The notes below the pieces were generated by a model, which was given only the letters and a program-made list of their open reading frames with translations, was not told the DNA's origin and ran no database searches. The position numbers and the translations under genes were made by a program. A stretch of DNA of 64,000 bases from a bacterium (GTDB lineage Bacteria > Patescibacteriota > Minisyncoccia > Phycocordibacterales > Phycocordibacteraceae), in assembly GCA_037200965.1 (NCBI GenBank), contig JBBCGK010000001.1, positions 640,001 to 704,000 on the forward strand, in the 5' to 3' direction. This document shows positions 30,944 through 40,358 of the stretch, piece after piece (positions within the stretch are counted from its first letter, which is position 1; the number at the start of each line of letters is the position of its first letter).

Positions 30944-31660
30944 ATGACTCACACCGTACATCCTTACGCGCACCGCCTCGGCATCATCCGCGACTGGAAG
31001 AGCCGCTGGTTCGCGGGCGACAAGAAGAGCTATCGCGAGAACATCCGCGTCGACGAGGCGCTGCGCGCGTTTCTCGTGAAGAAACTGCGCGGCACCTATA
31101 CGAGCGGCATCGAGATCGAGCGCACCGCGAACGAACTCAAGATCGTCGTCCACAGCGCCCGCCCGGGCCTCATCATCGGCCGTTCGGGCGAGAACGCGGC
31201 GAAGCTCCGCAAGGAACTCACGGACCTCGTCGCCAAGACCGCGAAAGGACATGGCCGCAAGGTCTCGTTCGATATCGTCGAGATCCGCCAGCCGGAGACC
31301 GATGCCGCGGTCGTCGCCTATATGGTCGCCGAAGGCCTCGAGAAGCGCATGCCGTTCCGCCGCGTGCTCAAGTCGACGGTCGAGAAGGTGATGGCGGTGC
31401 GCGACGTGGTCGGGGTGCGCATCACCATCTCGGGACGCCTTGGCGGCGCGGACATGTCGCGCAAGGAAGAGATCAAGAAGGGACGCATTCCGCTTCAGAC
31501 CTTCCGCGCGGACATCGATTTCGCGAACGAGAAGGCGCATCTTCCGTACGGCGTGATCGGCATCAAGGTCTGGATATACCGCGGCGAGGTGCTCGGAAGC
31601 GAAGGGCGCGGCTCGCGCCCGGAAGCCCGCACGGCGCGTCCCGCCCAGTCGCCCGTCTAA
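30944..31660 (+). CDS. rpsC: 30S ribosomal protein S3
   Basis: KH domain, IIGRSGENAAKLRKEL. Confidence 0.9.
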   Translation: MTHTVHPYAHRLGIIRDWKSRWFAGDKKSYRENIRVDEALRAFLVKKLRGTYTSGIEIERTANELKIVVHSARPGLIIGRSGENAAKLRKELTDLVAKTAKGHGRKVSFDIVEIRQPETDAAVVAYMVAEGLEKRMPFRRVLKSTVEKVMAVRDVVGVRITISGRLGGADMSRKEEIKKGRIPLQTFRADIDFANEKAHLPYGVIGIKVWIYRGEVLGSEGRGSRPEARTARPAQSPV

Positions 31661-31669
31661 TCCTTTGCC

Positions 31670-32089
31670 ATGCTGTTTCCCAAAAAAGTAAAGCACCGCA
31701 AGTGGCAGACGCAGCGCAAGAGCCCTGCGCGCCTCCTTCGCCCCGAGACCCGCGGTATCACGCTCGCCTTCGGTGCCTATGGCCTTAAGGCGACGACCTC
31801 CTCGCGCGTCACGAGCAACCAGATCGAGGCGGCCCGCAAGGTGCTCTCGCGCGTAACGGGCAAGGGGGGTAAGATGTGGATCCGCATCTTCCCCGACCGC
31901 CCGGTCACCAAGAAGCCCGCGGAAGTGGGCATGGGTTCCGGAAAGGGCGACCCCCAGCACTTCGTCTTCGAGGTACGCCCGGGCCGCGTCCTCTTCGAGC
32001 TTGACGGCGTGGCTGACGCCCCGGCGCGCGACGCGCTCCGGAGGGCCGGCGCGAAGCTTCCCCTGAAGACCACCGTCGTGGCCCGATAA
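31670..32089 (+). CDS. rplP: 50S ribosomal protein L16
   Basis: KHRKWQTQRK... Confidence 0.9.
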   Translation: MLFPKKVKHRKWQTQRKSPARLLRPETRGITLAFGAYGLKATTSSRVTSNQIEAARKVLSRVTGKGGKMWIRIFPDRPVTKKPAEVGMGSGKGDPQHFVFEVRPGRVLFELDGVADAPARDALRRAGAKLPLKTTVVAR

Positions 32090-32094
32090 ATTTT

Positions 32095-32301
32095 ATGGCA
32101 AAGAAAACCAAACCGACATTCAAGGACACCCCGACGGCGGAGCTCACGAAGCTTCGCGGCGAGAAGCGCGAGGAACTGCGCGTGCTCCGCTTTGCCTCCG
32201 CGGGATCGCGCCCGAAGGATACCAACGAGCCGAAGGCCGCGCGGAAGGTGATCGCGCGGATCGAGACCGAGCTCTCCAAGCGCCGCATCGCAGCAAAATA
32301 A
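32095..32301 (+). CDS. rpmC: 50S ribosomal protein L29
   Basis: L29 sequence. Confidence 0.8.
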   Translation: MAKKTKPTFKDTPTAELTKLRGEKREELRVLRFASAGSRPKDTNEPKAARKVIARIETELSKRRIAAK

Positions 32302-32303
32302 TT

Positions 32304-32579
32304 ATGGATACTCCAAACAAAAAGCCCCAGACGTTTAGCGGTACGGTCGTGAAGACCGCCATGAAGGACACCGCGACGGTGGCGGTCAACCGCTACGTCA
32401 AGCACCCGAAATACAAGAAGTTCCAGGTGAAGACGACCAAATTCCTCGTCGACGACAAGGGGAACACGGCGAAGGTCGGCGACAAGGTCACGATCGTCGC
32501 GACGCGCCCGATCTCGAAGCTGAAGTCGTTCAGGATCGCAAGCATCGACCTCGCGGCCGCTTCGGGCGATACCGAATAA
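32304..32579 (+). CDS. rpsQ: 30S ribosomal protein S17
   Basis: GTVVKTAMKDTATVAV. Confidence 0.85.
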   Translation: MDTPNKKPQTFSGTVVKTAMKDTATVAVNRYVKHPKYKKFQVKTTKFLVDDKGNTAKVGDKVTIVATRPISKLKSFRIASIDLAAASGDTE

Positions 32580-32583
32580 TCCT

Positions 32584-32961
32584 ATGCTTCAGCCGCAGAC
32601 CATCGTTACCGTCGCAGACAACTCCGGAGCCAAGGTGGCTCGCATCTTCAAGGTGCTCGGGGGCTCGAAGCGCCGCTATGCCTATATCGGCGACACGGTC
32701 GTGGTCGCGATCCAGTCGGCGGAACCCCGCAAGGCGGTCAAGAAGAAGGACGTCTTCAAGGCGATCGTCGTGCGCACCAAGAAGCCGCTGCGCCGCCTCG
32801 ACGGCTCGTACGTCTCCTTTGACGACAACGCGGTCGTGCTCATCGAGAAGCAGGGCAAGGAGATGGGTCCCAAGGGGAACCGCATCTTCGGCCCCGTGCC
32901 GCGCGAGCTCATAGAAAAGGGCTGGGCGTCGATCGCGTCCGCCGCATCCGAAGTCGTCTAA
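32584..32961 (+). CDS. rplN: 50S ribosomal protein L14
   Basis: MLQPQTIVTVADNSGAK. Confidence 0.9.
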   Translation: MLQPQTIVTVADNSGAKVARIFKVLGGSKRRYAYIGDTVVVAIQSAEPRKAVKKKDVFKAIVVRTKKPLRRLDGSYVSFDDNAVVLIEKQGKEMGPKGNRIFGPVPRELIEKGWASIASAASEVV

Positions 32962-32971
32962 CTAGTTACAT

Positions 32972-33190
32972 ATGAAAATGAAGATAAAAAAGAACGACAA
33001 GGTGCAGGTGATCACGGGAAAGGACAAGGGCAAGACCGGCTCGGTCGTGCGCGTCATCCCCAGGGAAAACCGCGTCGTCGTCGAAGGCGTCGCGGTCGCC
33101 AAGCGCCACCGCAAGGGGCAGGGCGGCCAGTCCGGCCGCATCACCGAGGCTCCGCGCCCGATACACGCGTCGAACGTAAAGAAGGTCTAA
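32972..33190 (+). CDS. rplX: 50S ribosomal protein L24
   Basis: [20 protein letters not shown]. Confidence 0.85.
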   Translation: MKMKIKKNDKVQVITGKDKGKTGSVVRVIPRENRVVVEGVAVAKRHRKGQGGQSGRITEAPRPIHASNVKKV

Positions 33191-33200
33191 TCCCGCTCCT

Positions 33201-33761
33201 ATGATGCTTTCCAAACAAAAACAGCAGACCTCCTTCGAAGCTCTCTCGGCTGATTTCGGCTATACGAGCCGCATGCAGGCGCCGCGCATCGAGAAGGTCG
33301 TCGTCTCCTCGGGAGTCGGCAAGAAGCGCGACAAGAAGCAGCTCGAACTCATTTCCGAGCGCCTCGCCCGCATCACGGGCCAGAAGGCGGCACCGCGCGC
33401 GGCAAAGCAGTCGATCGCGCAGTTCAAGATGCGCGCGGGCGATACGGTCGGATACCAGACGACGCTCCGCGGGGCGCGCATGTTCGATTTCCTCGACAAG
33501 CTCATTCACATTGCCTTGCCGAGAACCAGGGACTTCCGCGGCCTTCCCGCGACCGCGATCGACGACATGGGCAACCTCACGATCGGCATCCGCGAGAACA
33601 CCATCTTCCCGGAGACTTCCGACGAGGACCTCAAGGACGTGTTCGGGCTTGCCGTGACCATCGTCACGACCGCGAAGTCGAAGAAGGAGGCCGATGCGTT
33701 CTTCCGCCACCTTGGCGTGCCGCTTCGCCCGGCTGAGGAGCAGAAGAAGGGGAAGAAATAA
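33201..33761 (+). CDS. rplE: 50S ribosomal protein L5
   Basis: L5 sequence. Confidence 0.9.
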   Translation: MMLSKQKQQTSFEALSADFGYTSRMQAPRIEKVVVSSGVGKKRDKKQLELISERLARITGQKAAPRAAKQSIAQFKMRAGDTVGYQTTLRGARMFDFLDKLIHIALPRTRDFRGLPATAIDDMGNLTIGIRENTIFPETSDEDLKDVFGLAVTIVTTAKSKKEADAFFRHLGVPLRPAEEQKKGKK

Positions 33762-33785
33762 AAAAGTTTTAAAATGCAGGGAGCC

Positions 33786-33814
33786 TTGACGGGAGTCAGG
33801 GCTCTTTGTATCAT
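33786..33814 (+). promoter_or_regulatory. sigma70-like promoter TTGACG-N17-TATCAT directly after rplE
   Basis: good -35/-10 with 17-nt spacer, upstream of island gene A. Confidence 0.4.
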
Positions 33815-33895
33815 ATATTCGGATACTTCACATTCTCGGATAGTGACGTTAACGGTATCCACGTCGAGCGTCCGATGGCATCAAGGAGATGTGTC

Positions 33896-34309
33896 ATGCG
33901 GTTTGTCTGTGATCTTGAGGATTTGTTCTGGATGAGTAATAGATACGAGCATACTGCCAGCAATGAGATCAGGCAGGCGCTTCTTGCCGGAAAGGATACG
34001 GACGGAACTCCGCGCTGGACGATTCCGGGGGCTGGAATGTTCAATCTTGCCCAAGTCCTCTGGTCGGGCCAAAACTCGGTTGGCCATGAAGAGGACTGCG
34101 CACGAGACCGTATGTTCACCAGTCTCGAGCTCATGCGTCGACTGGGCCACGCCCGTGCACGCTCGCAGGCTGTGTTTTTTCTCGTCATTCTCCGGAGGAT
34201 GGAGCGCGAGAACAGCGACTCCATCGAAATCAATATCCCGTGGACCCGTGCGAAGACGAGGTGCATGTATGTCAAACGGAAACCAAATATCGAATTCGGT
34301 CTGGTATAA
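33896..34309 (+). CDS. hypothetical protein A (137 aa) of the rplE-rpsN island
   Basis: ATG with AAGGAG RBS 7 nt upstream; hairpin terminator 34316-34341 downstream. Confidence 0.45.
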   Translation: MRFVCDLEDLFWMSNRYEHTASNEIRQALLAGKDTDGTPRWTIPGAGMFNLAQVLWSGQNSVGHEEDCARDRMFTSLELMRRLGHARARSQAVFFLVILRRMERENSDSIEINIPWTRAKTRCMYVKRKPNIEFGLV

Positions 34310-34556
34310 CCGGACAGGGCGCGGCGGAACTTTCCGCCGCGCCCATCGTGTGTATGGGTCACCATTCTATATCAGGTACATACGAGTGAATTTGACGTAC
34401 TAAGTTATACATACCTTTTTTACGAATTAGTCCTGCAAGTGCTAATTTCTGGCAGCAGAATTGTTCCAATATCCTAAAGGAAACCCCGCAAAGCTTGGTT
34501 GCTTTGCGGGGCTCGACCGGAGGTCGATTTTTCAAACAAGGCTTAGTATGTCCGGT

Positions 34557-35348
34557 TCAGGTTTTGGGGTCGATGCTCATCGCGCGCGGTATCGATTTCC
34601 GTTGCCAGTTGTCGATTTTTCGCCTATCAGAACTCCTGCCGATTATGTATAAGACGAGTGAGATGATGCATACGGCCACGCCCGGGCCGAAGGAACCGAT
34701 GTCCAAAGCCTCCCCGGCCCACACACACAGGGCAAGGTATATGAAGCCCGTAGCACCGAGCACGTAGCTGACAGCCGTTAAACCGTTGCTCTCGCTCTCT
34801 TTGCGCCGATACGAGGTTAACAGGGATTCGGCGATCGGGAGTTCGCTTCCCGGTCCTTCATCCCACGCGGCAAGAGGATATACCCGGCCATCGTGAGCTC
34901 GGCCCACGAGCAGGCTCGGCCCGCTCGTGCCGAATGCGCCGGACTCATACTTGGGATACTCGGGAAGAGACTGACTGATCCAGACCTCGATGTCGGCGAA
35001 GCAGTCCAGCCAATTTACCCATTCCAGACCTTCGAGTACTTTGCGGGGGAATTTTTGCCCGTACCATGCTCGATAGGTCGTGCTGTAGGCATAACCATGG
35101 TACGTGTTCACAGTGCGCACTTTGCGGACACACTGCCACCCTTTCTGAGCCGAGAATTTCCCGGGAAGAGAGCATCTCCACTGGCTCAGGGAATTGGGGT
35201 CGAAGGGTTCGAGAAGCGGAACATGCCTACGAATTTCTTCGATCCGGTTAAGCCGAGGCAGCGCCATGAGTGCGTTCCTCGCATCCGCGTTCAGCGTCCG
35301 TCCGTAGGCGGCGACTGCTTCGATTCTTCGGGATTGGTATTCAGCCAT
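34557..35348 (-). CDS. hypothetical protein B (263 aa) with two C-terminal TM helices
   Basis: start ATG overlaps the upstream gene stop (TGATG coupling); C-terminal hydrophobic helices AVSYVLGATGFIYLALCVWA and VAVCIISLVLYIIG; terminator hairpin 34479-34510. Confidence 0.45.
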   Translation of the reverse strand: MAEYQSRRIEAVAAYGRTLNADARNALMALPRLNRIEEIRRHVPLLEPFDPNSLSQWRCSLPGKFSAQKGWQCVRKVRTVNTYHGYAYSTTYRAWYGQKFPRKVLEGLEWVNWLDCFADIEVWISQSLPEYPKYESGAFGTSGPSLLVGRAHDGRVYPLAAWDEGPGSELPIAESLLTSYRRKESESNGLTAVSYVLGATGFIYLALCVWAGEALDIGSFGPGVAVCIISLVLYIIGRSSDRRKIDNWQRKSIPRAMSIDPKT

Positions 35349-35956
35349 CACACGTCCTCCTTGCTCGGAGCCGCGACGAACGCGACCCAGTTGTGCCACG
35401 AGATTTCGGTCGGGACGGAGCCCTGCGAATTCTTGAGGCTGCAGAGGGAGGAATAGAAGTAGTTGATGAGGCCGGCCGGATTGCCGTTGAGCGGTTCCGT
35501 GACGAACGCCACGAAGCTGCCGTCGGGTATGCGCGGGTCGTGCCCGAGATCGTCCGCGAGCCGCGGGCGCTCTGCGAACAATGCGTCTCGATACTCGACC
35601 GGTGCGGGAACGAGGCTGGCCTTCTGGCCGTATTCCTCGATCTGCCCGGGCCTGAGCCGACCGTTTTTGCCCGAATCGCCGAAGCGGACGAGCATGAGGG
35701 TTTTGTCCTCACCGCCGATCGCGATCCTCACCGCGCAGGCCTTGCCGCCTTTCGGCGGGTCGATCCGCGCCGTGGTCGCGATCTCGCTATAGAGCCCGGA
35801 GAGCTCTGCGAGAACACGCTCAAGCCTGCTGCTATGCGCGGGCTTGACCACCGCGGCGAGCAGCTCATTCAGGTCTGCGCCGGTTTGCCCGCGAACGAGC
35901 TCGCCGATCTGACCGAGCGCCCCGAAGAGCACCGTGGCCGTGACAGGTTTTGGCAT
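35348..35956 (-). CDS. hypothetical protein C (202 aa), translationally coupled to B
   Basis: ORF with 1-nt stop/start overlap with B; no recognisable domain. Confidence 0.45.
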   Translation of the reverse strand: MPKPVTATVLFGALGQIGELVRGQTGADLNELLAAVVKPAHSSRLERVLAELSGLYSEIATTARIDPPKGGKACAVRIAIGGEDKTLMLVRFGDSGKNGRLRPGQIEEYGQKASLVPAPVEYRDALFAERPRLADDLGHDPRIPDGSFVAFVTEPLNGNPAGLINYFYSSLCSLKNSQGSVPTEISWHNWVAFVAAPSKEDV

Positions 35957-36272
35957 GACACTTCCTTTCTATGAACCCCTCACTCCTTAGCGAAGCCCCA
36001 GGTTCAACAGCCTTACCTCCACCCGATTGTGGCGGTTTCAGCGCGCAACAGCCCACTTTAGTGAGCCCCTGAGCGCTGAAACCGCCCCTAGCCTTGTTTT
36101 CAAGGGACGTATCTATCTAAGAGTGTATACTATATATCATATCTTGTCAAGTTTTCCGTAATGGTTCAATACCTTGGATGATTCCAGGGTATTGACAGAT
36201 AATACTGTATGTGCTAACGTTACTTAAGCGTTCGGGCCGCTCTTTTCAGCTCGGAACCAATGGAGGAACATC

Positions 36273-36668
36273 ATGAACAAGATTTATCTGGCTATCATGG
36301 CCGTCATTTCCCTCTCCGGCATCGCCCTGGCCTTCAGCCCCGAGGCGGTGTTCGAGAGCGCTTCCCGGGTTGACCCGGGCGGCACCCTGTCGTTCGCGAA
36401 CTTCTCCTTCTGGACGTGCGTCTGCATCGGGGGCGTCGTTTTCTTCTTCTCCCGTCGCGGATCACAAGGAAAAGAAATCGCGAGGATCGGCTTGCTTCTC
36501 GGAGCCGCGGCCGCGTGCCTTGCGCTCATGTCGCTCACTCACTACTTCGCGTACTGGCATCAGGGCCTCGCGACGATGCTGGGCATCATCTTCTTCGTCT
36601 CCCCGCTGCTCGGCATCGCGATCGCGCTGTCCGACCGACAGCAGACATCGGTTCCGAACGGAGGCTGA
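36273..36668 (+). CDS. small membrane protein D (131 aa, 4 TM)
   Basis: hydrophobic helices; hairpin GGAGGCTGAAGCCTCC just downstream. Confidence 0.45.
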   Translation: MNKIYLAIMAVISLSGIALAFSPEAVFESASRVDPGGTLSFANFSFWTCVCIGGVVFFFSRRGSQGKEIARIGLLLGAAAACLALMSLTHYFAYWHQGLATMLGIIFFVSPLLGIAIALSDRQQTSVPNGG

Positions 36669-37522
36669 AGCCTCCGGTCAAGGACTCGGTTCGCACGCAG
36701 GTACGGCCCCACGCAATTCGGCGTGGGGTCTTTTGGATATATTCGACGCCGCCGGATATATATATAGTGTCCTTCCCGTTCGAGATATCGGCTGGTACGA
36801 TCAAGGATCCGGCACGTCCTCGGCTTGTGCAATGTCATCAAGCCGTAGTTGCGCTTGAACCAGTCCTCAATCGCAACACCTTCCAAACCCTCGGCGCGGT
36901 GTCTTCCGGCGAAGACACTTGCGAGGCTGGTGATTGAGAAGGCAGGTCACGCGGTCAGCCTGTCGCTGGGACAGCGCTCCGAGTTCCATGTCCTCGGGAA
37001 AGAACCGGCGCAGCTGTTCTCGCATGCACCCCGCTCCCAGGGATGATGGGGACGGGCGAAGTATACCCGGGCATTGGTATCGCGCTCAATGAACTGCCAG
37101 AGCGTGAACCCGGTACCACGATCGTACGTGATGGTATGTGCAGGAAGATCAGGAAGCGCTCCTCGCGCTTCCTGGTGCACCGTGTTCGTTTCGTCGTCAG
37201 ACACGAGCCGCGCCCGCAAGGAACCCGCCTCTTTCGGTCAACACGGGCCAGAAACCTTGCACGGTCGCGTCCGACCGCGGTATGGTCTCGTCGGATATGA
37301 TGCGTCCCTCTTCGGTGATCTGTTCGGGCGGTCAGCGCGCAGAAGCGCGGACAGAAACACCCGCTCGTCGCGTGTCAAGTGATGATGCGTTGAAGGCCCG
37401 AATGATGGATACCATTCGGGCTTGAAGACAGAAGCATTGCGTTTCAAGCTCGGATTTAAGCTATGATTTAGCGTTGACGCGGGTTGAACCCCGGGCAAAG
37501 CAGGCGCGGACCTCGTTCTCAT
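36560..37522 (-). pseudogene. degenerate IS30-family transposase remnant (multiple frameshifts)
   Basis: fragments ITYDRGTGF...YFARPHHPWERGACEN (36947..37219) and an HTH-like LTRDERVFLSALLRA (37238..37522), collinear with intact IS30 transposases but in different frames. Confidence 0.55.
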
Positions 37523-37674
37523 CCATTTTCGCGAAGTTCGTGATTTCGGTAAAGTTGTTTAGGCCGTCTGACGAAAGATTATCCCGCTTGGCCGCTCGAC
37601 CAAGCAGGGCTCCTGTTTGACGCCCCGTAACCTATTTGATACAGTGTCCTGAAGCTCCGCGGAGCTATTTTTGT

Positions 37675-37944
37675 ATGGCTAAAACCTCCCAGCTTGCCCG
37701 GTACGCCAAGAAGGCGAAACTGGTCAAAAAGTACGCCGCCAAGCGCGCGGCTCTTAAGGCTGCCGGTGACTCTGAGGGCCTCCAGAAGCTCCCGCGGAAC
37801 TCCTCCCCGGTTCGTTTGAAGAGCCGCTGCGCCGTTTCCGGCCGCTCCCGCGGGTATCTCCGGGCGTTCGGCCTCTCCCGCATCCAGTTCCGCGAGATGG
37901 CGAGGGAAGGGAAGATTCCGGGCGTAAAGAAGGCGTCGTGGTAA
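37675..37944 (+). CDS. rpsN: 30S ribosomal protein S14
   Basis: [15 protein letters not shown]...[26 protein letters not shown]. Confidence 0.85.
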   Translation: MAKTSQLARYAKKAKLVKKYAAKRAALKAAGDSEGLQKLPRNSSPVRLKSRCAVSGRSRGYLRAFGLSRIQFREMAREGKIPGVKKASW

Positions 37945-37948
37945 GCGT

Positions 37949-38353
37949 ATGATCACGGACCGCGTCGGAGATTTCATCGTGCGACTCAACAATGCCGGAG
38001 CGGTCCGGAAGCCGTCCGTCTCGCTTCCGTATTCGGCGCATCTCGAAGCGATCGCGAAGAAGCTCAAGGCGCTCGGGTACGTCGAAAGCGTGGACGTTAT
38101 CGCAAACGAGAAGACCCCGGCGAAGCGCACGCTCGACGTCGTACTCGCTTATGACGCGCAGGGCGTCTCGAAGATCCACGGCGTGAAGCGCGTATCGAAG
38201 CCCGGCCGCCGCCTCTATGCCGCAGGGAAGGACGCGCACAGCGTCAAAAACGGAGTCGGCGTCCGCGTGCTCTCGACCCCGAAGGGAATCCTTTCGGACC
38301 GCGAGGCGAGGAAGCAGCAGGCCGGAGGAGAAACCCTTTTCGATATCTGGTAA
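37949..38353 (+). CDS. rpsH: 30S ribosomal protein S8
   Basis: MITDRVGDFIVRLNNA... Confidence 0.9.
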   Translation: MITDRVGDFIVRLNNAGAVRKPSVSLPYSAHLEAIAKKLKALGYVESVDVIANEKTPAKRTLDVVLAYDAQGVSKIHGVKRVSKPGRRLYAAGKDAHSVKNGVGVRVLSTPKGILSDREARKQQAGGETLFDIW

Positions 38354-38368
38354 TTCTTTTATTTTCGT

Positions 38369-38902
38369 ATGTCACGCCTCGCAAAAAAGCCCGTCGTTCT
38401 CGCTTCCTCCACCCAGGTTTCGGTGGCTGACGGCGTGCTGTCGGTCAAAGGCCCCAAGGGAACGCTCACGCGCCCGGTCCATTCCTTCGTTTCGATCGAA
38501 GTGACTCCCGAAGGCGTGCAGGTTTCGCCAAGAAACAACAGCAAGCTCTCCAAGGCGCTCACGGGCACCTTCGTCGCGCATGTGCGCAACATGGCTGCGG
38601 GCGTCGTGACGCCGTTCAGGAAGAGCCTTATCCTTGAAGGCGTGGGCTATAAGGTCGAGCTTGCGGGGAAGGAGCTCGTGCTCTCGGTCGGCTTCTCGCA
38701 TAAGGTGAAGCTTCCGGTTCCCGAAGGCATCACGGCGACCATCGAGAAGAACACGATTCATTTCGACAGTCCCGACAAGGACGCGCTCGGCCAGTTCGCG
38801 GCAGTCGTCCGTGCCGTGAAGCCGCCGGAACCGTATCTTGGCAAGGGCTTCCGCTATTCGGACGAGAAGATCCTCCGGAAGCAGGGGAAGAAGGCAGTCT
38901 AA
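38369..38902 (+). CDS. rplF: 50S ribosomal protein L6
   Basis: L6 sequence. Confidence 0.9.
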   Translation: MSRLAKKPVVLASSTQVSVADGVLSVKGPKGTLTRPVHSFVSIEVTPEGVQVSPRNNSKLSKALTGTFVAHVRNMAAGVVTPFRKSLILEGVGYKVELAGKELVLSVGFSHKVKLPVPEGITATIEKNTIHFDSPDKDALGQFAAVVRAVKPPEPYLGKGFRYSDEKILRKQGKKAV

Positions 38903-38911
38903 TATTTTCGT

Positions 38912-39262
38912 ATGACCAAGATAGCGACAACCAAGAGGACCCAGCGCATGAGCCGCCACAAGCGGGTACGCTCGCGCGTCAAAGGCACCAAGGAGCGCCC
39001 GCGCCTCGCGGTCTTCCGCTCGAACAAGTTCGTCTCCGTGCAGCTCATCGACGACGCGGCGGGAAAGACGATCGCGCAGGCGCACGGCAGGGAATTCCCG
39101 GGCGCGCAGTCGCTCCAGGCCGCGGCTATCGGCAAGGCGATCGCGGAGCGGGCGAAGAAACTCGGCGTTTCGGCCATCGTCTTCGACCGCGGAGGATACG
39201 CGTATGCCGCGCAGGTGAAGAGCCTCGCGGACGCCGCGCGTGCAGGCGGCCTCTCCTTCTGA
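38912..39262 (+). CDS. rplR: 50S ribosomal protein L18
   Basis: L18 sequence. Confidence 0.85.
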   Translation: MTKIATTKRTQRMSRHKRVRSRVKGTKERPRLAVFRSNKFVSVQLIDDAAGKTIAQAHGREFPGAQSLQAAAIGKAIAERAKKLGVSAIVFDRGGYAYAAQVKSLADAARAGGLSF

Positions 39263-39268
39263 TACGGT

Positions 39269-39892
39269 ATGGCTGACGACACCATCATGACTCCCGAGAC
39301 CGAAGTACAGGACGCGCCGGTTGAAGCGGCGCCCGAAGCCGCCGTTGAGGCGGAAGCTGCGGCTACGCCCGAGAAGACCGCGGTTCGCGGCCGCGCTCCG
39401 CGCGGGCGCGGAGGCCCCGGGGGCCAGCGCCGCTCGAACCGCCTTCCCCGCGAGCGCGGGGAGTTCGACTCGGTCAATATCGACGTGCGCCGCGTGGCGC
39501 GCGTCATGGCCGGAGGCCGCCGCTTCAACTTCAGCGTCGCGGTCGTAATCGGTGATAAGAAGGGGAGGGTCGGCGTCGGACTCGGGAAGGCCGCGGACAC
39601 CGCGCTCGCGATTGACAAGGCGACGCGCGACGCGAAGAAGCATATGTTCACCGTGCCGCGCACCGACTCGGGCTCCATCCGCCACGAGGTCCAGGCGAAG
39701 TACGCGTCCTCGACGGTGGCGGTCATCCCGTCGAAGGGCCGCGGTCTCGTCGCCGGAAGCGCGATGCGCACCGTGCTCGAGCTCGCGGGCGTCTCCGATG
39801 TCGTCACCAAGATCCTCTCGCGCACCAAGAACAAGCTCACTATCGCCCGCGCGACGGTAGCGGCTTTGAAGAAGCTCCGCACCCGCTCATAA
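39269..39892 (+). CDS. rpsE: 30S ribosomal protein S5 with acidic/Ala-rich N-terminal extension
   Basis: S5 core VVIGDKKGRVGVGLGKA. Confidence 0.9.
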   Translation: MADDTIMTPETEVQDAPVEAAPEAAVEAEAAATPEKTAVRGRAPRGRGGPGGQRRSNRLPRERGEFDSVNIDVRRVARVMAGGRRFNFSVAVVIGDKKGRVGVGLGKAADTALAIDKATRDAKKHMFTVPRTDSGSIRHEVQAKYASSTVAVIPSKGRGLVAGSAMRTVLELAGVSDVVTKILSRTKNKLTIARATVAALKKLRTRS

Positions 39893-39899
39893 CATTTCC

Positions 39900-40358
39900 A
39901 TGCAGTTCAACAACCTCAAATCGAATCACTCCCGCCCGAAAAGCACCGTCGTCGGACGCGGCGGCAAGCGCGGCAAGACTTCCGGACGCGGTGGCAAGGG
40001 CCAGACCGCGCGTGCGGGCCACAAGATACGGCCGGAGATGCGCGACATCATCAAGAAGCTCCCGAAGCGCCGCGGATACGGCAGGAACCGCAGCCGCACC
40101 GTCCGTCGCGACCGCGGCGGATACGCGCCGGTCAATCTCGCCGCGCTTGAGGCGACGTTCGCCGCGGGCGACGCCGTCACCCCTTCGATCCTCGTGAAGA
40201 AGGGTCTCGTCCGGGCCCTCTCCGGCCGCGCCCCGCTCGTGAAGATCCTCGGCACCGGGGAGCTCACCAAGGCGCTCTCCATCTCGGGATGCGAAGCGTC
40301 CGCGAGCGCCAGGAAGGCGATAGAGGCTGCGGGCGGCTCGCTCGTATCCCATGCTTAA
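39900..40358 (+). CDS. rplO: 50S ribosomal protein L15 (no L30 gene precedes it)
   Basis: L15 sequence; 7-nt gap from rpsE. Confidence 0.9.
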   Translation: MQFNNLKSNHSRPKSTVVGRGGKRGKTSGRGGKGQTARAGHKIRPEMRDIIKKLPKRRGYGRNRSRTVRRDRGGYAPVNLAALEATFAAGDAVTPSILVKKGLVRALSGRAPLVKILGTGELTKALSISGCEASASARKAIEAAGGSLVSHA

